Shown: positions 23,563 to 32,249 of the stretch, one piece after another
Numbering within the stretch: the first letter of the stretch is position 1
Layout: each line of letters opens with the position of its first letter
DNA from: Lysobacter sp.
Lineage (GTDB): Bacteria > Pseudomonadota > Gammaproteobacteria > Xanthomonadales > Xanthomonadaceae
Assembly: GCA_004322525.1 (NCBI GenBank)
Contig: SCUY01000169.1
Location: forward strand, 1-42,137
Length of the DNA: 42,137 nt
Direction of reading: 5' to 3'
Made by a program: the position numbers and the translations under genes
Notes under the pieces: model-generated
The model's database searches: none
What the model saw: the letters and a program-made list of their open reading frames with translations, nothing else
What the model was told of the DNA's origin: nothing

Positions 23563-26500
23563 ATGACCCCGACCCGCAGCCTGTTGTCCCTCGCCCTCGC
23601 GAGCGCGCTCTCCCTCGCCATGCCGGCCCTCGCGCAGGACGCGTCGAAGGGGGATACCCCACCGCCTCCACCGGATACGCAACTCGAGCAGGACGCGCTC
23701 AATCCTGCCGGCGTGCCAAAGGCGAAGGATCCCGGGCAGGCCGCGCGCGGCCGTGCCAAACCCGGCGAGAACGTCGACGAGAAGAAGTGGGACATCACCG
23801 CTGCGCACGGCCCCACCAAGACCGTGCGCTTCAGCACCGATGAAGGCACCTGGCTCGACGTCGACGTCTCACCCGACGGGCGCCAGCTCGCCTTCTCGAT
23901 GATGGGCGACATCTACCTGCTGCCGATCGGTGGCGGTACCGCGCGCCGCGTCAGCAGTGGCCCGGCCTGGGACGTGCAGCCGCGTTTCTCGCCCGATGGC
24001 GCGCAGATCGCCTTCACTTCCGACCGTGGCGGCGGCAACAACCTCTGGCGCATGCGCACGGACGGCAGCAATGCCGTGCAGGTGACGAAGGAGGATTTCC
24101 GCCTGCTCAACAATCCGGCGTGGACGCCGGACGGCCAGTTCCTGATCGGCCGCAAGCACTTCACCGGCGAGCGCTCGCTCGGCGCCGGCGAGTTGTGGAT
24201 GTACCACGTCGCCGGTGGGGGCACGGGCGTGCAACTGACCAAACAGAAGAACGACCAGCAGGATCTGGGCGAGCCAGCCGTGTCGCCGGATGGACGCTAC
24301 GTCTACTTCAGCGAAGATGTCAGCCGCGGGCCGACCTTCCAGTACAACAAGGATCCGCACGGCACGATCTACGCGATCAAGCGGCTCGACCGCCGCGACG
24401 GCCGCATCGAGACGCTGGTCGACACCGCCGGTGGCGCGGTGCGCCCGCAGCCCTCGCCGGATGGCAAGTCGCTCGCCTTCGTCAAGCGCGTGCGCGAGAA
24501 GTCGGTGCTGCACGTGCTGGATCTGAAGAGCGGCGAAGTCCGCGCGGTTTGGGACGGCCTGTCGCATGACCAGCAGGAAGCCTGGGCGATCTTCGGCCCC
24601 TACACCGACTTCAACTGGACGCCCGACTCGAAGTCCGTGGTGATCTGGGGCCAGGGCAAGCTATGGCGCGTCGACATGGCCGCCGGCCGCGCGACGAACA
24701 TCCCGTTCACCGCCCAGATCGAGCAGTCGGTCACCGCGCCGTTGCGCTTCACGCAGACGCTCGATGCCGGCACGTTTGCGCCGAAGATGATCCGCGACGT
24801 CGCCACCAGTGCGGATGGCCGCACGCTGGTTTTCCATGCGGTAGGCCAGTTGTGGCGCAAGTCGCTTCCCAATGGCACCCCCGAGCGCCTGACGAACAGC
24901 AGCGGCGTCTACGAATACCAGCCGAGCTTCAGCGCCAATGGTCGCCAGCTGCTCTACACCACTTTTTCCGACGACGGCCTCGGCGCGATCTGGCTGCGCG
25001 ATGCAGGCGGCAGCGGCGCGGGTCGTCGGCTCACATCGGAGAAGGGCTATTACTACGGCCCGCGCTTCTCCCCCGATGGCCGACGCGTGGTCTATGCCAA
25101 GACAGGCGGTAGCGGGCTCACCGGCTCGACGTGGTCGAACGACCCGGGCATCTACGTCATGCCGGCGGACGGCGGCACGCCGATGCGCATCGCGCAGGAA
25201 GGCGAAGCGCCGCAGTTCAGCGCCGACGGCCGGCGCGTGTACTACTTCACCGGCGGTGGGTTGAAGAAGAAGCTGATGTCGGTCGGCCTCTCCGGTGAGG
25301 AGCCGCGCGAGGTCTACACCCTCAAGTACCCGGACTCGGTCGTACTGAGCCCGGATGGCAAGTGGGTGGCGTTCACCGAGCTGTTCAATGCCTACGTGAT
25401 GCCATTGGTGGAAACCGGGCAGCCGATCGAGCTCTCGCGCGAGAGCAAGGCGGTGCCGGTGACGCAGGTCAGCGCGGATGTCGGCAGCTACCTGCACTGG
25501 GCGGCGGATTCGAAATCGCTGCACTGGATGATGGGCGACCGCTACTACTCACGCGACCTCGCGCAGAGCTTCGCGTTCCTGCCGGGCGCGCCGAAGGAGC
25601 TCCCGAAGCCGAGCAACGAGGGCGGCGTCCCCGTCGGCCTGACGATACCGGTGTACACGCCGGACGCCACCGTCGCGTTCACCCATGCACGCATCGTCAC
25701 CATGCGCGACGCGGGCAAGGCACAGGAGGTGATCGAGGACGGCACGGTCGTCGTGCGCGGCAACAGCATCGCAGCGGTCGGCGCCAGCGGGCAGGTCGCG
25801 ATTCCGGCCGGTGCCCGCACCATCGACGCGACCGGCAAGACACTGGTGCCGGGCTATGTCGACGTACATGCGCATGCCGCGAACTTCGGCTCCGGTGTGG
25901 TGCCACAGGAGAACTGGGCCTATTACAGCAACCTCGCCTTCGGCATCACCACCGCGCACGATCCGTCGGCGAGCAGCGAGTTCGTGTTCTCCCAGTCCGA
26001 GCTGATCAAGGCCGGGAAAATGGTCGGCCCGCGCATGTTCTCGACCGGCACGATCCTCTACGGCGCCGATGGCGACTTCAAGGCGATCGTCAACTCGCTC
26101 GACGATGCACGCAGCCATCTGCGGCGCATGAAGGCGATCGGCGCGTTCTCGGTGAAGAGCTACAACCAGCCGCGTCGCGACCAGCGCCAGCAGGTGGACC
26201 AGGCGGCGCGCGAGCTGGGCATGCTGGTGGTGGAAGAAGGTGGCTCCACCTTCCACCACAACATGACGATGATGCTCGACGGTGTCACCGGCATCGAGCA
26301 CAACATCCCGGTCGCACCGCTGTACAAGGATGTCATCGGCGTGTGGTCGCAGACCGACGTGCGCAATACGCCGACGCTTGTCGTCGGCTATGGCGGCCTG
26401 TCCGGCGAGTACTGGTGGTATGCCAAGGACAATGTCTGGGAGGACAGGAAGCTCGCGCGCTTCTTCCCGCGCGACACGCTCGATGCGCGCAGCATCCGCC

Positions 26501-26979
26501 GCGAGACGGCACCGGACTGGGATTACTGGCACGTCGAGGTCGCGAAGTCCGCCAAGAAGATGCGCGACGCCGGCATCGGCATCCAGGTGGGCGGGCATGG
26601 CCAGCTGCAGGGCCTGAGCCCGAACTGGGAAACGTGGATGCTCACGCAGGGCGGCTTCAGCAACTTCGAAGCCCTGCGCGCGGCCACCATCGACGGCGCC
26701 GACTACCTCGGCCTGTCGAAGGACATCGGCTCCATCGAGGTCGGCAAGCGCGCTGACCTCGTCGTGCTCAATTCCAATCCACTGGAAAACATCCGCAGCA
26801 CGATCGACACGCGCTACGTGATGGTCGACGGCCGGTTGTTCGACATCGATGCGGGCATGGCTGAAATCGGCGGGCGCGGCGCGAAGGCGCCGACCTTCTT
26901 CTGGCAGACCGGGCGCGATGGCCACACCTTCGGCAAGCAGTTCAATGAAACGCATGCCGAAGGCGAAACCGAAGACTGA
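23563..26979 (+). CDS. Secreted TolB-like (PD40) beta-propeller + amidohydrolase fusion
   Basis: Signal peptide; many (F/W)SPDG repeats; C-terminal PGYVDVHAH, GITTAHDP, VKSY, IEHN, GSIEVGKRADLVVL. Confidence 0.92.
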   Translation: MTPTRSLLSLALASALSLAMPALAQDASKGDTPPPPPDTQLEQDALNPAGVPKAKDPGQAARGRAKPGENVDEKKWDITAAHGPTKTVRFSTDEGTWLDVDVSPDGRQLAFSMMGDIYLLPIGGGTARRVSSGPAWDVQPRFSPDGAQIAFTSDRGGGNNLWRMRTDGSNAVQVTKEDFRLLNNPAWTPDGQFLIGRKHFTGERSLGAGELWMYHVAGGGTGVQLTKQKNDQQDLGEPAVSPDGRYVYFSEDVSRGPTFQYNKDPHGTIYAIKRLDRRDGRIETLVDTAGGAVRPQPSPDGKSLAFVKRVREKSVLHVLDLKSGEVRAVWDGLSHDQQEAWAIFGPYTDFNWTPDSKSVVIWGQGKLWRVDMAAGRATNIPFTAQIEQSVTAPLRFTQTLDAGTFAPKMIRDVATSADGRTLVFHAVGQLWRKSLPNGTPERLTNSSGVYEYQPSFSANGRQLLYTTFSDDGLGAIWLRDAGGSGAGRRLTSEKGYYYGPRFSPDGRRVVYAKTGGSGLTGSTWSNDPGIYVMPADGGTPMRIAQEGEAPQFSADGRRVYYFTGGGLKKKLMSVGLSGEEPREVYTLKYPDSVVLSPDGKWVAFTELFNAYVMPLVETGQPIELSRESKAVPVTQVSADVGSYLHWAADSKSLHWMMGDRYYSRDLAQSFAFLPGAPKELPKPSNEGGVPVGLTIPVYTPDATVAFTHARIVTMRDAGKAQEVIEDGTVVVRGNSIAAVGASGQVAIPAGARTIDATGKTLVPGYVDVHAHAANFGSGVVPQENWAYYSNLAFGITTAHDPSASSEFVFSQSELIKAGKMVGPRMFSTGTILYGADGDFKAIVNSLDDARSHLRRMKAIGAFSVKSYNQPRRDQRQQVDQAARELGMLVVEEGGSTFHHNMTMMLDGVTGIEHNIPVAPLYKDVIGVWSQTDVRNTPTLVVGYGGLSGEYWWYAKDNVWEDRKLARFFPRDTLDARSIRRETAPDWDYWHVEVAKSAKKMRDAGIGIQVGGHGQLQGLSPNWETWMLTQGGFSNFEALRAATIDGADYLGLSKDIGSIEVGKRADLVVLNSNPLENIRSTIDTRYVMVDGRLFDIDAGMAEIGGRGAKAPTFFWQTGRDGHTFGKQFNETHAEGETED

Positions 26980-27002
26980 ACCCGGCGGCTGTGACGGACT
27001 CG

Positions 27003-27028
27003 ACGGCCCGCCCCGCGCGGGCCGTTTT
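27003..27028 (+). terminator. Intrinsic terminator after the large amidohydrolase
   Basis: ACGGCCCGC / GCGGGCCGT stem followed by a T-run. Confidence 0.8.
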
Positions 27029-27099
27029 CGTTGCGGACTCCACGTTCACGAGCGGCCGTGGCAGTCTGAATACACTGAAATGCGATCGAGGAGACCCGA

Positions 27100-27444
27100 A
27101 TGCCGACGCGCTACCACATCAGCCTGCCCGATAGCGCCGCCGCGCGTGGCAGCAACCCCGCCACATCCTTCAATGCGCACGGCGCCGAGGCTTTCGCCGA
27201 ACAGCTCGAGCAGGCGATGCGCACCACGCAACTATTCGAGCGCTGGCGCGGCGGCCAGGCCGATCCGGACAACATCGATCCCGTGCTCGGTGCGACCGAC
27301 CCGCAGGCCACCGTCCGCGGCGAACAGCACGACCTGCATATCGACCTCATCCTGATTACCGCACTGCCAGGAGACGTGGTGCGCCACCGCCTGCGCCTGC
27401 TCGCGGGCAGCGGCTGGCAGCTGCGCGATGTCAGCGCCGCCTGA
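27100..27444 (+). CDS. Hypothetical protein
   Basis: GAGGAG RBS, TACACT -10 at 27071-27076, normal protein composition, fits the intergenic gap. Confidence 0.75.
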   Translation: MPTRYHISLPDSAAARGSNPATSFNAHGAEAFAEQLEQAMRTTQLFERWRGGQADPDNIDPVLGATDPQATVRGEQHDLHIDLILITALPGDVVRHRLRLLAGSGWQLRDVSAA

Positions 27445-27459
27445 TCGACGCGACACCGC

Positions 27460-28164
27460 ATGGCCCCGGATGACATCGGCCCTGTGAGCGGGCGGCGGCC
27501 GGTGCTGCTGTCCTGGAGCGGCGGCAAGGATGCGGCATGGACGCTGCATGTCCTTCGTGCCAGGGACGATGTCGAGGTCGTCGGCCTGCTGACCACCGTC
27601 ACCGCCGGCTACGAGCGCATCGCGATGCATGGCATCCGCCGCGACCTGCTGCATGCGCAGGCGCTCGCGGCCGGCCTGCCGCTGATCGAGGCGATGATCC
27701 CGCCCCAATGCGACAACGCCGCCTACGAGGCGGCGTTCGCCGCCGCACTCTCCACCGCGCGCCTGCGCTGGCCAGGGCTCGACACGATCGCTTTCGGTGA
27801 CCTGTTCCTGGCCGATGTACGCGCCTGGCGCGAAGCTTCCTGCGCGCGCCTTGGGTGGCATATCGAAACCCCCCTGTTCGGCGTCGACACGTCGCGCCTG
27901 GCGCGCCGCATGATCGAAGGCGGCCTGCGGGCGACGCTCTGCTGTGTCGATACGCAGCAACTCGATGGAAGTTTTTCAGGCGCCGGTTTCAACCTGGACC
28001 TGCTGGCCGCGCTGCCCGCGAACTGCGATCCCTGCGGCGAAAACGGTGAATTCCACACCTGCGTCACCGACGGGCCGATGTTTACGCAGCCGTTGAAGGT
28101 AGTCACCGGGGAACAGGTTCTGCGCGACGCGCGCTTCGCCTATACCGACCTGTTACTGGCCTGA
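27460..28164 (+). CDS. Dph6/MJ0570 (DUF71) family PP-loop ATP pyrophosphatase
   Basis: LSWSGGKDA, HGIR, FGDLFL, DPCGENGEFHT. Confidence 0.9.
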   Translation: MAPDDIGPVSGRRPVLLSWSGGKDAAWTLHVLRARDDVEVVGLLTTVTAGYERIAMHGIRRDLLHAQALAAGLPLIEAMIPPQCDNAAYEAAFAAALSTARLRWPGLDTIAFGDLFLADVRAWREASCARLGWHIETPLFGVDTSRLARRMIEGGLRATLCCVDTQQLDGSFSGAGFNLDLLAALPANCDPCGENGEFHTCVTDGPMFTQPLKVVTGEQVLRDARFAYTDLLLA

Positions 28165-28236
28165 GCCTGCGCTGCGTCTGTGCGGCAGCCTTTCTGACGC
28201 AGCGCGAGTTTCACCGCAGGCATTCGCGCCACGGGT

Positions 28237-28554
28237 TCACCGCCGCGTGCGTAGCCAGGGTGTCCGCACGATGCAGGCAAGCACCATGACGACGAGGAAA
28301 ACACCGTAGGCCGACGCTGTCGCCAGCACCTGCCGCCATATGTTGCCGGCGGTTCCGGTGGGCACGGCGACGACATAGCCCCAACGCATCGTGGCGACGA
28401 AGGCGAGTAGCGCGAGCGCGATCGAAGCGGCATCGAACATCCGGCGTGCACGGTTGCGCGGCTGGCGCGGATACATCCAGAACAGCGTGCACAGGATCGT
28501 GAACCAGGGCAGGAACAGGATCAGTGCGAGGTGCGTCTGGATCGACGCATTCAC
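28237..28554 (-). CDS. Hypothetical membrane protein
   Basis: Three hydrophobic segments; GTGA overlap with the trpS stop. Confidence 0.75.
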   Translation of the reverse strand: MNASIQTHLALILFLPWFTILCTLFWMYPRQPRNRARRMFDAASIALALLAFVATMRWGYVVAVPTGTAGNIWRQVLATASAYGVFLVVMVLACIVRTPWLRTRR

Positions 28555-29840
28555 TCCACGCGCTCAGCCATCAAGGCGAGCGCGGCGTCCACCTCGTCCG
28601 TGGTTACGCCCTCACCCAGGGCACAGGCGTGGGCATCGCCCAGGCGTCCTGCCACCTTCAGTGCCGCCACGCATTGCCCGGCATCACGCGGCGCGTCGAA
28701 GCCCGCGCTCTGCAGCAGAACGCGTTCGCCCTGCACGAGCTTGAAGTAGAACTTGCCGTCGGCGTCGCGGTATTGCTTGAACATGGCGGGCGCAGGCTTT
28801 TCGACATCGTTCGACATCGCGACCACCACGCTCGACAGGTCACGCAGGCCCACCGCCTCGCGCAGCTGCGCCAGCATCGGGCGCGCATAGCGCTCGCGCA
28901 GCCGCTGCGCACCGTCGCGCAGGATCGTTTCGATGTCCGCCGGCTTCGCGATCAGCGCTTCGTACCTCTCGCGCATCGGCGAAATCTCCGCATCGATGCG
29001 CTCGAACAGCGCCTGCTTGGCGTCGCCCCAGGCGATTCCGACTTCGAATGCACCCCGCATCGCTTCGGCGTGTTCGTCGCTGGCAAAAGCGCGATACAGC
29101 TGGAACACGTTCGACGCGTCGGCATCCTTCGGCTCGCCCGGCACGCGCGAGTCGGTGACGATCGAATAGATCAGCTTCTTCAGCTGCTCGCGCGGCGCGA
29201 ACAAGGGGATGACGTTGTCGTAGCTCTTGCTCATCTTGCGGCCGTCAAGGCCGGGCAGCGTGGCCACGTGCGCCTCGATCGCCGCCTCCGGCAGCGTGAA
29301 GTGCTCGCCATAGAGATGGTTGAAGCGCTGGCCGAGATCGCGCGCCATCTCGATGTGCTGGATCTGGTCGCGGCCCACCGGCACCTTGTCTGCATTGAAG
29401 ATCAGGATGTCGGCGGCCATCAGCACCGGATACATGAAGAGCCCGGCAGTGATGCCGGCATCGTCGTCCTGCGACTCGGCACGATTGCGATCGACCGATG
29501 CCTTGTAGGCATGCGCGCGGTTGAGCAGGCCCTTGCCGGCTACGCACGTGAGCAGCCAGGTGAGCTCCGTGATCTCCGGGATATCGCTCTGCCGGTAGAA
29601 CCACACCTGCGCCGGATCCAGCCCGCAGGCGAGCCAGCTCGCAGCGATCTCCAGCGTCGAGCGCTGCACGCGCGCCGGGTCCTGCACCTTGATCAGCGCG
29701 TGGTAGTCGGCGAGGAAATAGAAGCTCTCGACCGACGGATCGCGGCTGGCCTCGAGCGCGGGACGGATCGCGCCGGCGTAGTTGCCCAGGTGCGGCGTGC
29801 CCGAGGTGGTGATGCCGGTGAGGACGCGGGTGCGGGTCAT
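28551..29840 (-). CDS. trpS: Tryptophan--tRNA ligase with C-terminal extension
   Basis: TGITTSGTPHLGNY (HIGH-type), YPVLMAADIL, VPVGRDQ, KMSKS. Confidence 0.97.
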   Translation of the reverse strand: MTRTRVLTGITTSGTPHLGNYAGAIRPALEASRDPSVESFYFLADYHALIKVQDPARVQRSTLEIAASWLACGLDPAQVWFYRQSDIPEITELTWLLTCVAGKGLLNRAHAYKASVDRNRAESQDDDAGITAGLFMYPVLMAADILIFNADKVPVGRDQIQHIEMARDLGQRFNHLYGEHFTLPEAAIEAHVATLPGLDGRKMSKSYDNVIPLFAPREQLKKLIYSIVTDSRVPGEPKDADASNVFQLYRAFASDEHAEAMRGAFEVGIAWGDAKQALFERIDAEISPMRERYEALIAKPADIETILRDGAQRLRERYARPMLAQLREAVGLRDLSSVVVAMSNDVEKPAPAMFKQYRDADGKFYFKLVQGERVLLQSAGFDAPRDAGQCVAALKVAGRLGDAHACALGEGVTTDEVDAALALMAERVE

Positions 29841-29954
29841 TTCTGAACGGACGGAGTGCGGGCCGCGAGTTTACCCGCGCACCTGCCGCACCGTCGCAAC
29901 CCCGTTCAGCGCGGCCGTGCGTTGATCCATCCACCCAATACCCGAGCCCTCGCC

Positions 29955-30752
29955 ATGAGCCGTGTGCACAGCGCCACCGCAATTGCCGTTCTACTTGCCT
30001 CGTTCGCCGCCCCGGCTTCCGCACAGGACTATTACCGCGGCGGCCAGCGTGTGGAACTGGCCGTCATCGACCGCGAGGCCGGTGACGAACTCCCGCAGTA
30101 CCCCTTTCGCGGCCAAGCCTGGGTGCCGGGCACGCCGGGGCATCGCTACGCGGTGCGCCTCACCAATCGAAGCCCCGAACGCGTGCTGGTGGTCCTGAGC
30201 GTGGATGGCGTCAATGCGGTGTCGGGGCTGACGGCGGACGCCAGCCAGGCCGGCTATGTGCTCGAGCCCTGGCAGAGCACCGACGTGGCGGGCTGGCGCA
30301 AGTCGATGCGCGACATCGCCCAGTTCTATTTCGCCGACTTCGGCGACAGCTACGCCGCGCGCACCGGGCGTCCTCGCAATGTCGGCGTCATCGGTATTGC
30401 CGTATTCGACGAGGCGCGCTGGATCGCCGTCCCGCGTCCGCGCGTCTACGACCGCGTCGGCCCCGAATCGGCCGAATCGGCGGCGTCCGATGCCGCGGGT
30501 GCCCCGCCGATGGCCTCGGCACGCGCCCAGGAACTCGGCACCGGGCACGGCTACCGGGAGTTCGCGCCGGTCGCACGTACCGGATTCCGGCGCGCCAGCC
30601 ACACGCCCGTCCAGGTCACCGAGGTCCGTTATGACGACGGCGCCGCGCTTGCCGCGCGCGGCATCATTCCGCATCAGGGTTACGGCTATGAGGCACCCGA
30701 ACCCCGGGCGTTTCCGGGAGGCTTCGTCGCCGATCCGCCGCGCCGCTGGTGA
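29955..30752 (+). CDS. Secreted hypothetical protein
   Basis: Signal peptide ending ASA-Q; beta-rich core (YAVRLTN, VVLSVDG, GYVL, GWR, GVIGIAVF). Start placed at ATG 29955. Confidence 0.8.
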   Translation: MSRVHSATAIAVLLASFAAPASAQDYYRGGQRVELAVIDREAGDELPQYPFRGQAWVPGTPGHRYAVRLTNRSPERVLVVLSVDGVNAVSGLTADASQAGYVLEPWQSTDVAGWRKSMRDIAQFYFADFGDSYAARTGRPRNVGVIGIAVFDEARWIAVPRPRVYDRVGPESAESAASDAAGAPPMASARAQELGTGHGYREFAPVARTGFRRASHTPVQVTEVRYDDGAALAARGIIPHQGYGYEAPEPRAFPGGFVADPPRRW

Positions 30753-30794
30753 GGCAGGTGGCCATGGGGCAGCAAAATTCAGCCCCTGCAACGA

Positions 30795-30820
30795 CGAAGG
30801 GCCGGTTTCCCGGCCCTTCG
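30795..30820. terminator. Stem-loop terminator between convergent genes
   Basis: CGAAGGGCCGG-TTTC-CCGGCCCTTCG 11-bp stem; TCGTT follows on the minus strand. Confidence 0.7.
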
Positions 30821-30839
30821 CGAATGGCTCAGACAGCGA

Positions 30840-30992
30840 TCAGCACTTGCCGTCCTTGCAGTCCTGCGCCTTGTCTTCAACCTTGTCGCCAACCTTCTGA
30901 ACGTCCTTACCGACACCCGCCATCGTGTTGCAGGCGGTAAGGGTACCCATCGAGAACATGGCGAGCAGCAGCAGGGCAGTCAGACGCTTCAT
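30840..30992 (-). CDS. Entericidin A/B family lipoprotein
   Basis: 50 aa; lipobox LTAC followed by NTMAGVGKDVQKVG; AGGAG RBS. Confidence 0.92.
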   Translation of the reverse strand: MKRLTALLLLAMFSMGTLTACNTMAGVGKDVQKVGDKVEDKAQDCKDGKC

Positions 30993-31196
30993 GGTGTCAT
31001 CTCCTGGAGACGCCGCGGGTCGCGCGGCAGGTGGGGGGTTTCCCGTGGGGGGATGACACGTCAGGGGCCGTGAAACGCGTGTGCAGTGTCGGTGCCGGTC
31101 GGGGCATTCCGTCACTGGATGTTCATTTTTGTAGCCCCCTTGCACCCATCGCGGAGCTCCAGCCACGATGCCCGTCGAGGGCGATGCGCGTGGCCT

Positions 31197-32117
31197 TCAA
31201 TCGCGCAGCAGCGTCGATTTGCCGAACAGGCTTTCGACCAGGTCGACCGCCAGCACGGCAGTGCGGTTGTGGTCATCGATCAGCGGATTGAGCTCGACGA
31301 TGTCTAGCGAACCCAGCCGCCCGGTGTCGCAGATCATCTCCATGCACAGCTGTGCCTCGCGGTAGGTCGGGCCGCCGGGCACGGTGGTCCCGACGCCCGG
31401 CGCGATGCTCGGGTCGAGGAAATCGACGTCGAAACTGACATGCAGGTGCGTGTCTGCGTCCATGCCGTCGAGCGCCTCGGCCATCGCCGCGCGCATGCCG
31501 ACCTCGTCGATATAACGCATGTCGTAGACATCCAGGCCATAGCGCCGGATGAGCTCGCGCTCGCCGGGGTCGACCGAGCGGATGCCGATCTGGCGGATGT
31601 CTTCGGCGCGCATCGCGGGTGAGTCGCCGCCGAGGTGCGTCAGCGGCTGCGGCCCGAGACCGCACAGGCAGGCGACCGGCATGCCGTGCACGTTGCCCGA
31701 CGGCGTGACGTCACTGGTGTTGAAGTCGGCATGCGCGTCGAGCCATACCACGCGCAGTTTCCTGCCCGCCTCGCGGCACCAGCGCGCGACCGCGGTGATC
31801 GAGCCTACGCCCAGGCAATGGTCGCCACCGAGCATGATCGGCATGCGTCCTCCGCGCAGCTCGGCGAGCACCGCCTCCATCACGATGCGATTCCATTCGG
31901 TGACTTCGGCGATGTGCCGGTAGCCCTCGACGGGGGCGGCCCATGGATTGCGCGGGCCGTCCAGGTTGCCGCGGTCGAGTACATCCATCCCGCTGGCGGC
32001 CAGTGCCTCGCCGATGCCGGCGATCCGCAGTGCCTCCGGCCCGAGGCGCGCGCCGCGATGGCCCGCGCCGATGTCGGTGGGCGCGCCGATGAGCGAGACC
32101 GAGGGGCGATGCGGCAT
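31197..32117 (-). CDS. rocF: Arginase
   Basis: GARLGPEALR, LGGDHC, WLDAHADFNT..SGNVHGMP, SFDVDFLDP, DIVELNP. Confidence 0.95.
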   Translation of the reverse strand: MPHRPSVSLIGAPTDIGAGHRGARLGPEALRIAGIGEALAASGMDVLDRGNLDGPRNPWAAPVEGYRHIAEVTEWNRIVMEAVLAELRGGRMPIMLGGDHCLGVGSITAVARWCREAGRKLRVVWLDAHADFNTSDVTPSGNVHGMPVACLCGLGPQPLTHLGGDSPAMRAEDIRQIGIRSVDPGERELIRRYGLDVYDMRYIDEVGMRAAMAEALDGMDADTHLHVSFDVDFLDPSIAPGVGTTVPGGPTYREAQLCMEMICDTGRLGSLDIVELNPLIDDHNRTAVLAVDLVESLFGKSTLLRD

Positions 32118-32173
32118 GCCGAACTCCTTTGCGGCCCAGGTGCGGCGGAAAGCCTGCAGACTTCTGGAACCGG

Positions 32174-32249
32174 TGGTGCCGGCTGTCGGAATCGAACCGA
32201 CGACCTACTGATTACAAATCAGTTGCTCTACCAACTGAGCTAAGCCGGC
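32174..32249 (-). tRNA. tRNA-Thr (anticodon TGT)
   Basis: GCCGGCTTAGCTCAGTTGGTAGAGC...CTGATTTGTAATCAG...GGTTCGATTCC...GCCGGCACCA; 76 nt, CCA encoded. Confidence 0.97.

Noticed and set aside
23860-25500. Recurrent (T/C)CGCCGGA(T/C)GG-like DNA motifs
   Set aside because: They encode the SPDG turns of PD40 repeats; not a CRISPR or REP array.
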